DNA of 64,000 bases from Laetmonice hystrix. Taxonomy: Eukaryota. Every line of letters begins with the position of its first letter. Position 1 is the stretch's first letter. The stretch covers positions 12,340,001-12,404,000 of the forward strand of contig OZ249436.1 of assembly GCA_965235115.1 (NCBI GenBank), read 5' to 3'. Both the position numbers and the translations under genes were made by a program. Of the stretch, positions 52,313 to 64,000 are shown piece by piece. The notes beneath the pieces are model-generated. The model did no database searches, was not told the DNA's origin, and saw only the letters and a list, made by a program, of their open reading frames with translations.

Positions 52313-54430
52313 ATGTCTACAACAGGTAAACTCATTACTTTACTGTAGTCATAGGCCTGGCTAGGCCTAGCCCTAGCCTAGGCCAGGATGGTCCATGCTC
52401 ACGACAAGTTCAGCTGTGGAGTGTGTTCGAAATTTCATGATTGTGCCTTTGCTTGCCTGCAAAGCCGGTGTCGCGGTCTCAGATCTCCGTTGGTCTCAGA
52501 ACTCCGGGGGCACGGTTTCCTATTGTTTAGATGCTGAATCTGACTAAGTGAGCACGCGCGAGTCGCTGTTTGGGCTCACACCTCCGGTCGTCTGCTACCT
52601 GATGGGTGGTGGAGTTTTCAGCATCTAAACAATAGGAAACCATGCCCCCGGAGTTCTGAGACCAACGGAGATCTGAGACCGCGACACCGGCTTTGCCAAA
52701 TAGGCAGACACAGTGCAGGCCTTGTCTTTTAGAAAAGGCAGAAGCTATTTGACCAGCAGAAGTTTGGTCATGGGACCAAGATTGGCAAGAATCATGAATT
52801 CTATTGGATTTATCTGTTGGTCAAATAGTAAGGTTTGATAAAATGTCTCTTTGCATTAGTTTGGGCTGAAAATGAAATAAAGCTGATGCTAACCCTTATC
52901 TGCTACCCCTAGATCTAACCTTTAGTTACTGAATTTCTTAGAGCCTATAGTTAGTCAAACTCGTACTCCCTTATTTAACCAGCCGCTGGTCAAATAGACA
53001 CTCACTTTAGAAAATGAAGGCGAGTGATAAAAAGCTCGCCTAAATTTTAGCTGAATGCACCTAGGCAAGCTTTTTTCAAGTGCAGTGCTAGTGCATTGGA
53101 ATTTTGGTAGGGCTTTACATTATCATCTAGACTATAGTATAGGTGTGTGTGTGCTCTTTCGCGCACCTCGATAGCATTTAGGCGATCACGCTTTAATGAC
53201 AAGGCCTGCAGTGAGTGTAGCGCCTATATATTTAGCCAGCAACGGCTAAATAATACCGTACCCCATGATTGCATGAATTCAGACTCCAGCCGAGAATGTG
53301 CATTAATGCGCATTCTAGAATTCGCACCATTCACACTACACCCGCAATGCGCATTGAAGCGCATTCTAGAATTCGCATCCTCTACCGAATTCTAGAATAC
53401 GGTTCGCTTCGCTCCATTATAGAGAGTATAATCCTCAAGGTCCCCCACTTTCTCTTAAAATCTTGGATGGGTCCTTTTTATTCAATTTTTTTAAGGGAAA
53501 ATACCTTTGGCATAATCGGGACCTTGGATTTCAAATGTTGTGGTACTAGTGCGAATGTTGTAAATGGGGTATATTGTAACATCATTACATGGGTTGACTG
53601 TACCTTTTTTTCTAGCCTCCGACATCGTGAAAGTTCTACCAGTAGCAGGTGCCCTGGCTGCTGCTATCTACCTGGTGATGAAGGCACTAAAGTGCAAGTC
53701 AGACAGCAAGGATGGATGTTGTGGTAATTGTAAAGTGAATCAAACACTCTACAAAGACCAAGAGAAGGTCGCTTCCCAAGTGACAGTGGAGGAAATTGGT
53801 GAAAAGGCTGCTTTCTGCAGGTGCTGGAGATCAAGCAAGGTTTGTGAAATATTGTATGGCCTTGGTGGTGATTCTAACGGATCAGTAGTGAAAGACGTTT
53901 GTTCTCTGTGCCGATAAAAAAAATACCAGGTCAATCTGTGAGAGTGGTCATGACCCTGAGTGACCCAGTTAAAAATAAATAAATAAGAATAAGGTTCTTT
54001 TTGTTTTTCAATACCAGTGGTAAAATTCAGGTTGACTGCCAGTGCATGTTGTTGGATCAGTGAAGCAGCAAGGGCCTCCTTAGGCTCCCTCCACACCTTT
54101 AAAGCGACAGTCTCGTCCTTCAGTATTGTGCGCTAGGCTGGCCATCCTAACAGTCAATGTACTATTTATAGACGTCAGTTGAGTTCCTATGCTGTAGCAT
54201 TGGAACTGATGTCTATAAATACATGTACATCAACCGTTAGGAGGGACGCCTATCGCACAATGCTGGAGGACGAGACCATAGCTTCAAAGTAAAAATGTAC
54301 TTTAGTCCATCTCTATGTGGCCATTGTTTTGTTCTTGTAGTTCCCGTACTGTGATGGTTCTCACGCTAAGCACAATAAAGAAACAGGAGACAACGTTGGA
54401 CCCCTAATTGTCACCAAAAAGGCCAATTAG
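52313..54430 (+). CDS. CISD1: CDGSH iron-sulfur domain protein 1 (mitoNEET-like), 108 aa
   Basis: Exons 52313-52325, 53616-53839, 54341-54430; total 327 nt. Short N-terminus, TM anchor VLPVAGALAAAIYLVM and [30 protein letters not shown]. It lacks the longer N-terminus of CISD2. Confidence 0.92.
52459..52696. mobile_element. Young hairpin MITE with 80-bp inverted arms
   Basis: 52459-52538 and 52617-52696 are reverse complements with one mismatch seen. Confidence 0.85.
54108..54278. mobile_element. Palindromic MITE with possibly Academ-like termini
   Basis: AGTCTCGTCCTTCAGTATTGTGCGCTAGGC is mirrored by GCCTATCGCACAATGCTGGAGGACGAGACC; imperfect symmetry continues to the centre. Confidence 0.65.
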
Positions 54431-56376
54431 ATGAAAGAAGACACATGATCATTCTGGGGCTTGACGGCAGCAGGAAACAAAAGTACATGGAAATATAAGG
54501 CCATAATGTTGCTCAGTCAATCATTAAGGAGATTGGAGAAACACTCAAAAGATCATAGATCTGTCTTTCAGAACTCTGTAAATAATAGGGTACAAATTGG
54601 TAAACTGTACCAAATATATTATTTGGTAAACCAGCAGTTTTAAATATTGAGCAAATCGAGCCAATAGAGATATTAAGAGAATATAGGTTTATAAGCAGGC
54701 TTGTTTTTTGAGGCATGCAAAATTTGGTTTTGCACACCATAGCGTGCCTGCATGAAATAGCTCCAAGACTCGATAGGTCATGCTTTAAACTTTTATGACT
54801 TTTTAAAGCATGACCTATTGATGATACCAATTCTTTTTCCCTTCAATGTTCGGAATACCATGCAGCTTCACAACCCTGCAGTAGTGAGCACTGTTATTAA
54901 AAAGTAAATTACCTATACTATGCTGTAGAATTTGTAATTCAGACGAATGCAGAATACATTGCTAAAGTATTTCTAAATTCCTCAAGTGTAAGAAGGTATG
55001 CATTTGTTCGAGGGCAAATGACAAAAAATTCTCTAGTGTGCTAGACCCAGCTTCGTAAACCCTTGTAGAACGGCTACCTGGCGACGAGTGTCGGGTATAT
55101 AAGACGGGGATTCAGCTAGGTGTTACTCAAGCTATTGTGGGGTCATGTCTACCAACTGAGTTCTTTGGAACCATTGTTGACCATTAATTATGTACTACTT
55201 CTACAACTACGGAGCCTGATTACATGATGTATAGCTGTACCGCCATGATGATTGTAACTCCAGGAATAAAACTACCAGAGTTAGACGATTTGTGCTACCG
55301 ACTGTTGGCTCACCTCTCACATAACAGTATCTTTAAGTATACAACATATATGCTAAAGTAAATAGTTTTTCAATAAAACTTTCTATTATTAATTAGATTT
55401 TGTATTTTATTTCCAGCACTTTTTAACTGATTGAAAACGTATACATTGTGTAGCAAATGCTACAGAAATGAGTTCTTGACTCACAAAATTTGCTACACGT
55501 GACCCATTAAATCGTGCCCTGTACCAGTACCTGGATTTACAGTTTCAGTGATACACCAGGCAAAACACAGCAAGCGAGCCTGCTGCCTTGTTATCCTAGT
55601 CATGTTTGGTAAAACCAGCTATTGTAATAGATCTAATCCATAAAAGTTGGTATGGTCAGTAAAGTCATTGTTTATGGTTATCATAGTGGCAATATTACAA
55701 GTCTCATTTCTGAAATTCAGTGTAGAGAATCAATTTCGCAGTCAGGTTATCCAAGTCAGTGCAGAGAATGCTTTATATAATGAAAAATTTATGGACATTC
55801 CTTCGCTATTGATTTTCCTGATTAAAAAGCCATGTAACCCAGAGTGTGTTTTGACTTGTGGGATCACTGCACCAGTTGCTTTGAGTTTGAGTTGAAATCA
55901 AAGTGACCCCATCATGTAGTTACCTTTCTCTCAATGCAATAAAACGAGTAGGCATACTACACATACTTGTATAAAAGTTGACTTTATTGTACCGAAAAAA
56001 TACACATCTGTATAGAAATATTCATTGGACTTAATGACTGGTACAATTCCACTAAGTGACATAACAAGAAAACAGCAAATGAGCTCTAAAAATCTGTTTG
56101 ACTAAAATGTTACATACCATACTAGTTTTTGTGGTTTAAAATATCTGACAATTACTGTGATCTTCTGTGTATCTGCCCCACTTTTTCCCCATGATTTTAG
56201 GGGACTTCTAATGTGTGTAACTAAGTACCCCAGTATAATGTCATTGACTGGGCCTATTATGACCTTTTATTTTATCGGCAATGTTTCACCATGGCAGCAT
56301 TATCGTCTTCAAAACTATTATCATATAAACCCTTAAGGTGAGCATGAAAAGGATACAATCTGTCGAAGCCTGTTAA

Positions 56377-56800
56377 AGGCAGGGTAAACACCCACGGCAA
56401 ATAAGGTTTCGTAGACCAAATGAAACACCAGCATCTACCTCAGTGCAATAAATGCCACAATTACGTTGTCTGAATGAAGTAATTAACGTGTAACCGCCCG
56501 ATGTACGACGCCGCTGGTTCTTACCTTGACCTTCTTGTGTGTTCATCAGAGCCGAATGCTGCACACCGCGGCGTGTTGCGTAACATTACGTGTTACTCTG
56601 CTCACAGACCTTGTCTACACGATGTTTGGAGTCCCAACATTTGTAAATGTCCAAGGTGTTGAACATGGCGTCACACATCGGGCTGTTACACGTTAATTAC
56701 TTCATTCAGACAAAATAATTGTCATTTATTGCCCCGAGGTAAATGCTGGTGTTTCATTTGGTCTACGAAACCTTATTTGCCGTGGGTGTTTACCCTGCCT
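56377..56800. mobile_element. Kolobok-like MITE with TTAA TSD and long TIRs
   Basis: TTAA|AGGCAGGGTAAACACCCACGGCAAATAAGGTTTCGTAGACCAAATGAAACACCAGCAT, with the exact reverse complement ending at 56800 and followed by TTAA. Confidence 0.88.
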
Positions 56801-57846
56801 TTAAACTATGCATTTCACAGCATTTACTCTTTATCATGCTATCTATCACACTGTTTTATAGAAAGCATGGACTACACTATGCTAAAGGTTGCATACAATC
56901 ACAGATTACCGGAATGCCAACACTGTTTTTTTTATCAACTTTACCAGGGCCTGGACTTAGGGTGATTAATAATGTGTACATGTATTGGATTTGTCTCCAT
57001 TATGCCAGTCTTCACCTAGACCCCAATATATATGATGATATGGTTATAATGGTCACAAACGTCCATGTGTCAGTCATCTTTTAAGTTTGCCTCTGGTAAT
57101 GTTCAAATCTGTCAAACAGGTCATTTTTAGGTTATCCTGCAGAAAGAAATGAGGTAGGGGGCGCTGTATACCCCTCCTTTAATCTGCCCCCCGCCCAACA
57201 AGCTCTTCTGGATTCTAGGCAGTAGGCTAAATTGGACTTTTTTTTATGATTTTTATTACATGTGTATATGTATGGCAACATGTTCTTATACGTTATATAG
57301 ACAGTCAATTGACTACTTAAATTATTGGCAGCCTTATGCTTCTCTAAATATTACAATTAATTACATAAATACGTTGTGGTGGAATGCTTCTTTACGATTT
57401 TATTAAATGTTAACGTGCTCCTAAAAAAAAGAAAAACAATACTGCCCTACTTTGACAAAAGAAAGCAAGTCACAAACCATTCTTTGAGTAAATCACAAAG
57501 GGCTGGTTTTTGCATTCTGGTATGGTAGAACTACTACACTCATTTACCTGATTTCCTGAGAAAAACCGTGTCCTACCTCCTTCTTTAAATTAAACAATCA
57601 ACCAATGAATGTTAAAAAAGGAAGAAAACTCCTGGTTAGAATATAGACGAGGTCAAATTCTTTGAAGTTTCATTACCGGTATACAATGCCATATGCCTAT
57701 GGATCTTTGATGGAACAATTTGATGGAACCTGGAACTGTCAAAATATCAAAAATGAGTATTCATTGATAAAAATTCAATTTTCAGCAATTCTACGGGATG
57801 GCGACTTAGTGTTGTTTTGTCTCATGTGCTGTAACAGATATTTTGG

Positions 57847-60800
57847 TCAACTGATTCCGAAGATCACCTGGCGATATGTGTAACATGCACCAATCACAAC
57901 CCTTAAAATTATGCCCACCACTACTATGATTGGGAAACACAGGTAGCAATAGAGCTGGAAGTATCTGGACGGAACCCACAGAATTGTGTATTGAAACGTG
58001 CCGTCTTTACCTGAAAATAGAATATGTAAATTATGCAAGTGCAGAGTCTTTTTATTTCAAAAATATTGTTTTGCCATTTTTTTCAACACATTGTTTAATA
58101 TATGTTATCAGGCAAACAATTTCTGAAAATCAACTTTGAAATATGTTTAAGTTAAAGTGTTATTTCACCGTTCCTTTTACATTTAAAGTAATGCCAATAC
58201 TTTACTTTCAATAATGCATTGAATTTCTTCCTTCTTCAGCCACTTCGTTTAAAATAGGACAAAAACAGGCAGCCAGAAATGATTTGAACCTTTCTCTAAC
58301 TTAACAATCTACATGTATATTTTATACTCTTGGTCAGTGCAAATCCTAATTCACTTACTGATGACAGCAGCTCCATAGCCCATCTTAGACACACCCATCC
58401 TGTAACTGCAGGTGGGTACACTAATCTCTTGAAGAACGTCTAGATTATTAAGTAAGAAGGTATGCACTGCATACCCTTCCATGCTGTTCGCTGTGCTTTT
58501 ATATTGGACCTGGTTTGCATCTTTAAATTGGCAGTTGTAGCATGTGTAAATTCGAGCCTGCCGGAACATACCAACAAGGAATACTGGTCAGACCTTCAAA
58601 GAGAACTGGTTTGACATCAGTCCTAACAGCTGGGGTGCCGTTTACTTAGCAGAGAAAATCAGTAATGAGTTGATACATATAGTCACTGTGTTTTTAATTC
58701 AACTAGGCAACCAGGTGGAAACTACTTCAAGGAAACGGTCCCCAGAAAGGTTGCCAACAGCCTGCTCCTTGGCCATATCAGAAACTTGCTGACAGGATAC
58801 GTCACCATTTTATGAAACATACCCCTGGTATCTCAGATAAAACCTGAAGCATGGCCCCAAAATGATATGACCTATCATAGTGTTACATAACTCGGTCACA
58901 TAACATTTTTACATGGATGAGCATAAGTTCTAGCAGTGTTTATATCATTAGCTCCTTATCTTAAAAGGAGTGACTCTCCCTATATGATTCAATTTTGAGA
59001 AGATCACGTACAATTCCAGGGAAGGAATTCTGAATTAAAATACTTGCCCAAACTTTAATAAATTATTTTAAAAGTGCATGATGAAAAGGCAAAACTTTGG
59101 ATTGACTTAAAATGACTAATCTATGTTCAGTGGTATCCTGTCCGATAAAGATATAATTTTCGAGATAGATATTTGAACAAACCTTGTGAGTATGGGCAGT
59201 AAAAACTATTGACGGCTCCAGAGTGTGTACTATCTGAAATGATAATTAGTTGTTCACTTGTAAGACTGAAGATAAAATGCTATTTTCAACAAGTCGGGGT
59301 ATACTTTATCTGGTTTGGCATTGAAACTTGCAAAGTCTCCATCTTACTCTCGTGTGAATTCATCGTCATTAGTGGATGAAGTACGAGTGAGCAGTGTACA
59401 GAACGAGCAAGCAGGCTGGTTACAGGGATGGTCGCCCTCACCCATTCCCAACTCCACCGACAATGTGTCAAAGGTTTGATAACAGTTTCTCTTTCAGGGG
59501 ATATTAACAAAGTAATTTTAATTAGGCATCAAATGTGAAAACTTTTTTTAAATTTTTAATTCCTGATATCAGTAAATTCCAAAAAACATTCATGCCCGAG
59601 TTTTAAAGGCACTTTGGTAGAACATAACAAAAACATTTCTAAACAAGACCCATTAGACTCCGAATCGACGGGTCACATCCCCTTTGCCATGTGCTTGTTA
59701 TCACATGATACGCAGAGTCTTCGCGCATGCACCCTAGGTTTGTTTACATGGAGGTTTCCCACTACAATGTACACTGATAGCGTTTATTTTCACTATAGGA
59801 AAATTATTATTATGTAATCAATAGTCGAATTTACACCGCACTTCTGGGCCAGGCCTACTGTCAGATTTGGCCCGGACCTGGCCCGTTTTTCGTTTACACC
59901 GCACATCACCTGAATTTAGCTGAAAGCATGATAAACTGGGCCTGGTCCGCTTGCATTTACACGGCTTCTGTTCCGTGCTAACTTAGGGCCCGTTATGATG
60001 ACATTCCATTGTGACGTAGAACTATTGTGCATTGTTCCTGACGTCGCCGATTATTATGGAGATAGCCAAAGACAATTGTTACGTCACTATATCATTTGTA
60101 GTACGGCTTTGGCAGGGCACGGAAGAGCTCGGTTGCGTTTACACCGCCTACTGGGCCGTGGGCCGTGCCAAGCACTCCTAATCTACTGGGCGACCTGGGC
60201 CAGGCACGGAACGGCACGGTCCACTCAAATGGTCGAATTTACACCAGATTTTAGCATGCCGTACCGTTCCGTGCCTGGCCCAGAAGTGCAGTGTAAATCC
60301 GACTATTGGTTATTTGTGTGTTTCCTACAGCAGGCCTAGAAACACTTTGAAAAATTTGATTAGCAATCATTGCTAATCAAAATGACAATTGATAGCAGGG
60401 CTCACTACAGGCTGGCTGCTAAGTCAGCCTCTAGGGCAAACCTAGATTAGGTCTACTAATAGGCCTAAAGACATAGTACACAGTTGAGGGGAATCATGGG
60501 AGGACCAGAAGGCCTGCTTATCAGAATATGTTGCCATGTTAGAATGAAATAGTGAGCACCCAATCAATCTTCTTTTACTGCATACACAGCAAAAAAGACG
60601 TCTGTCAGCCCGATGTCACCAACTAAGAATTTATATTTAGGGTCGCTTTACACTGTCAGTTGGAGACAAGGCAATCCATGCCCCCTGAAATGTGCTTTTA
60701 AACATTTTCAAAATATGTATACACAATGTACATGTATATAAAAAATTGCTCATCAAATCAATTTTGATTAGCAGTTACCCCGTAATCTTCCGTGTACAAG

Positions 60801-63797
60801 CCGCGGCCATGTATAAGCCGCACCCCCGTTTTTAGAGCAAAAGTCAGAGAAAAAAAAAATTCACGTTTCTGACGCCAGTCGTAGCAAAGTCGGGCCCCAA
60901 CCATCAACCCTACAGGCTGAGACGTGTATCAGCTAGGTGTTTCACCAGCTTGGCCATAGTGTGAAAAGTCGTTGGCCAGACGCCGGTGCCACCATCACCT
61001 CCCATTGTTAAACGGGCCGTTGCTTTCACGGGGCATTGAAAACAATAGGACCCACTTTTATTTTGGGAATCCATCTCACTGTCTTAGTCGGCAAAGAGTC
61101 ACACGTAAAACAATGGGTATTAACGGGTTGTGGGTATAAAGCAGGCCAGTTCCCATCAGAAATGCCTGTCCTTTGTCCCATTCAAATGATGATCTTGCCC
61201 AGAATCTTTCTCTGTCTATATCTCTCTCTATATGTTTCTTTAAATCTATAACTCTCTATATAACATTAAATTAATTTAATACTTTATTCGCAATACCACC
61301 ACTAGGGGTGTAATAATAGCGTTGGTGGCGCCACCTAGGGATGACTTGGTCTCCACATAGACGTAGAAGTCTCCAGACGCTTGTGGCCATGTATAAGCCG
61401 CACCCCTGATTTATGATTAATTTGAGGAGGAAAAAAGTGCGGCTTATACACGGAAGATTACGGTAATGGCCTGCAATTTATGTGAAAGTTTCTGAAAATG
61501 AAAAAATTCTACTCCAAAAGTTGCCTTGTTTATTTACAGACATTAATTAATATAGGGGACCTAATATTTAATACATGTAACTGTTGACTGAACATTTCTT
61601 ACCGGAACGAAGTCCAGTTTGTGCCTGACAAGTAAAGCCATATGATTCAGCAGAATACGATGAGATGCACTGGACTTTGATCTCAGCTCTTTAAGGGCTT
61701 GCTCTGCCTTATCATTTAGTTGAGATCCTAGTTCACTGTTTATCTATAGCGAAAAAAAGACAAAAACAAAACAGATGCAAATAAGACAGAGACTGTAAAT
61801 AATAACTGTCATGTGAATGCATGATTTGTAAGAACACAACAATAAAAATGTCTACCACATATTGGTAACTATATTTAAGGAATTTAAGTCAACTAACCTT
61901 GATAAAGTCAACAAACTTTACAGTAGTAACTCCAGACTCTTCAGAAAAAAATTCTCTGAAACGTTGCACCTTCCAAGGAAGTTTAATGTCAGCATCTTCT
62001 CCCCCTACATCATTGTCACCTGCGAGGTAGATACGCTGGAATAGTTGGGAAGGGATCTTCAAGATTATACATGATACCAGGGGTACATACATTTATGGCG
62101 GTCAGAACATTTGAGAGGATTTCACGAAGAACATTCTCAGTTTTTAATAATCACAGCATTTTACACATCAAAAGAAACAAGACTGGACCTTAGTATTAAA
62201 CTTTCTTTCTGTCCTATCTGGGCACGTAAAATAGAAACCTGTAAAGCATCCTTACACTAAAAATCTGATCCAATTTGATTGGGTGACCAATGTGAAGCTT
62301 TCAAGTAAAGCTGCTACTGAGACCAGGGGGATTCTATGGGCCAGGGGAAAAATGGCAACTTACAGCATTTTCAGATGCTGATGACCTCCTAAAGTCTAAC
62401 ATAATTGTGCATCTGTCTACATAAATAAATTACATTTTAGACAACTCAGACACAAATCAATGAGGTTGTCATACGACATAGACTTACTTCTGTAGTTGGA
62501 GCTGTGTAAAACACTTGTTTGAACCGCTGGTGGTAGTACTTATAGTCACCATCTGATGCTGTGCTGCCTTCATCAAAGAGATCACCCATGAAGATGACAA
62601 TGTCTGGCTTGATCTTATTGTATGAAAACCAAAACGTTTTAGACAAATACCTGAAAAAAAAAGATATAGAATAAAATAAGTACATGTATATTATATTTCA
62701 GCCAACTTTGGCACTCCAGTTCTGAGTATGATACTCCTCGATACCTCATCAACCTCAGATGAAACGGGAATGGACTTGCCAACAATTTGTTCCCCCCCCC
62801 CCCACATGCTTTGGCATACGAAAATCTTAATGTGTCAGGAGGGTTTTTTTTTTCATAAAAAAAACCTGGTAAGCCATTACAAGGTATTACTGTTACCCTG
62901 GTTATGGGATTAATGGGCTTCCCACCAGTTTGCCCAGTTTTATATTACACACCATATATCCTGACAAGTGACTTACATTACACATGTAGTTAATTGATCA
63001 TATCGTTTTTAAATCCTGTGCGTTCTGCCTCATATTTTGGGAAGTAGATTACCTGTCAGCATCCCAGCGACTTAGAGCACCATAAGAGGGGTGCTCCTTC
63101 ATCCCAATCAGTTGCGGGTCAGCCACAAACAACATGCGCACATTCTCTTCTGGCGGCCTTGGCAAAATGCAAAAGATTCAATATCTATTCACTCTAACTT
63201 TCTATATAGACTGAAAACTTTTAAATAAGCAAAATTTTAATGATATTTATAAATTAAACTCTGTGATAGATGTCTTTCCAAGGGCTGGCATAACTGATTA
63301 AATATTTATAATCAAACAAAAGCCCCTTCCCTTTTTCACCCAAGAAATAGAAATAAAAGATCCATTAAATTAGGCAATTATAAACTGACAGTGACATACA
63401 ATTGACCATGTACATACATGCATATATTATGGCATGATCTCTACCACCTTCAACCTTTTACTAAAATTAAATATTTCAAGTGTGGTCCATTGATATAGAT
63501 CTATTTTGATATATACTTGATATTTATAATGGATCCATCCAAAGATTAGCTGTTTACACAATCCCTACATGATAAGAACAAAGATCCATCCAAAGATTAG
63601 CTGTTTACACAATCCCTACATGATAAGAACAAAAATGCCATGACTCACCCTTTGTTCTGTAGGTTAGCCCAGAGCATGATGCTGAAGCACACATGGCTCA
63701 GGAATTCATTGAAGACAAGAAGTCCAATCAGTGCAAGTAGGACAATCTGAATCATTGATGGCAGCTTGTGGTACCTCAGGATTCTTGAGTATCTCAT
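57847..63797 (-). CDS. Membrane-anchored calcineurin-like metallophosphoesterase, MPPE1/Cdc1/Ted1 family, 369 aa
   Basis: Exons (minus) 63797-63649, 63157-63053, 62650-62488, 62035-61898, 61743-61603, 59233-59183, 58557-58359, 58010-57847; total 1110 nt in frame. N-terminal TM, FVADPQL, MGDLFDEG, AGDNDVGG, LLNH, FTAHTH, EISVPTCSYRMG, C-terminal TM. The exact paralog is uncertain. Confidence 0.9.
59823..60304. mobile_element. PIF/Harbinger-like MITE
   Basis: TIR AGTCGAATTTACACCGCACTTCTGGGCCAGGC / GCCTGGCCCAGAAGTGCAGTGTAAATCCGACT; internal TTTACAC repeats; AAT and ATT flanks. Confidence 0.8.
60780..61463. mobile_element. pogo-type MITE
   Basis: TIR CCGTAATCTTCCGTGTA(C/T)AAGCCGC / GCGGCTTATACACGGAAGATTACGG, then TA; subterminal direct repeat GGCCATGTATAAGCCGCACCCC. 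Confidence 0.82.
63532..63633. repeat. Perfect 51-bp tandem duplication
   Basis: GATCCATCCAAAGATTAGCTGTTTACACAATCCCTACATGATAAGAACAAA occurs twice, at 63532 and 63583. Confidence 0.92.
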
Positions 63798-64000
63798 CCT
63801 TTCATTTCAAGGTCGGCCTCCCAAGAGCAAGTCCTAGAATAGAGTATGATGTCCCTTTGATTTTTAATGTACACATTCACATCAATAACCTTCATCATAG
63901 CTTGAACATAGCTTGGATACTTTTAAGAGCCAAACTGTTGCTTCTGCTAACCTTATTCACTTGCTCTTGTAACTGACACTGCAAGACCAATACCCTTTGG

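Noticed and set aside
57074..57136. Possible extra terminal exon of the phosphoesterase (DNLKMT..GKLKR*)
   Set aside because: It has a good acceptor and is in phase with a weak CAG|GTGATC donor, but exon 8 already ends in a stop and there is no homology support. Transcript data are needed.

Overview
This is intron-rich animal genomic DNA, most likely from a marine invertebrate; the species cannot be fixed from sequence alone. It is not prokaryotic. Six protein-coding genes were reconstructed exon by exon, and every model closes in frame: PKD2/polycystin-2 (+, 11 exons, 854 aa), PPAN (-, 10 exons, 503 aa), PFDN1 (+, 4 exons, 122 aa), a methylthioribose kinase (MtnK)-like gene (-, 8 exons, 391 aa), CISD1/mitoNEET (+, 3 exons, 108 aa) and an MPPE1/Cdc1-family metallophosphoesterase (-, 8 exons, 369 aa). 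PPAN/PFDN1 and MtnK-like/CISD1 are head-to-head pairs. Introns and intergenic DNA are dense with non-autonomous DNA transposons, including CAG..CTG elements with 5-6 bp TSDs, a three-level nested insertion and a foldback element with telomere-like repeats. There is also a 71-bp palindromic satellite. Best leads: (1) the animal MtnK-like protein has lost its metal-binding DPE motif, needs a GC-AG intron and is divergently paired with mitoNEET; (2) PKD2 has alternative C-termini with or without a PDZ-type motif; (3) PFDN1 has a duplicated splice acceptor; (4) the palindromes TAGGCCTA and TACATGTA are strongly enriched and spatially partitioned. No CRISPR array, tRNA, rRNA or intact transposase was found, and no clearly new multi-gene system can be claimed.
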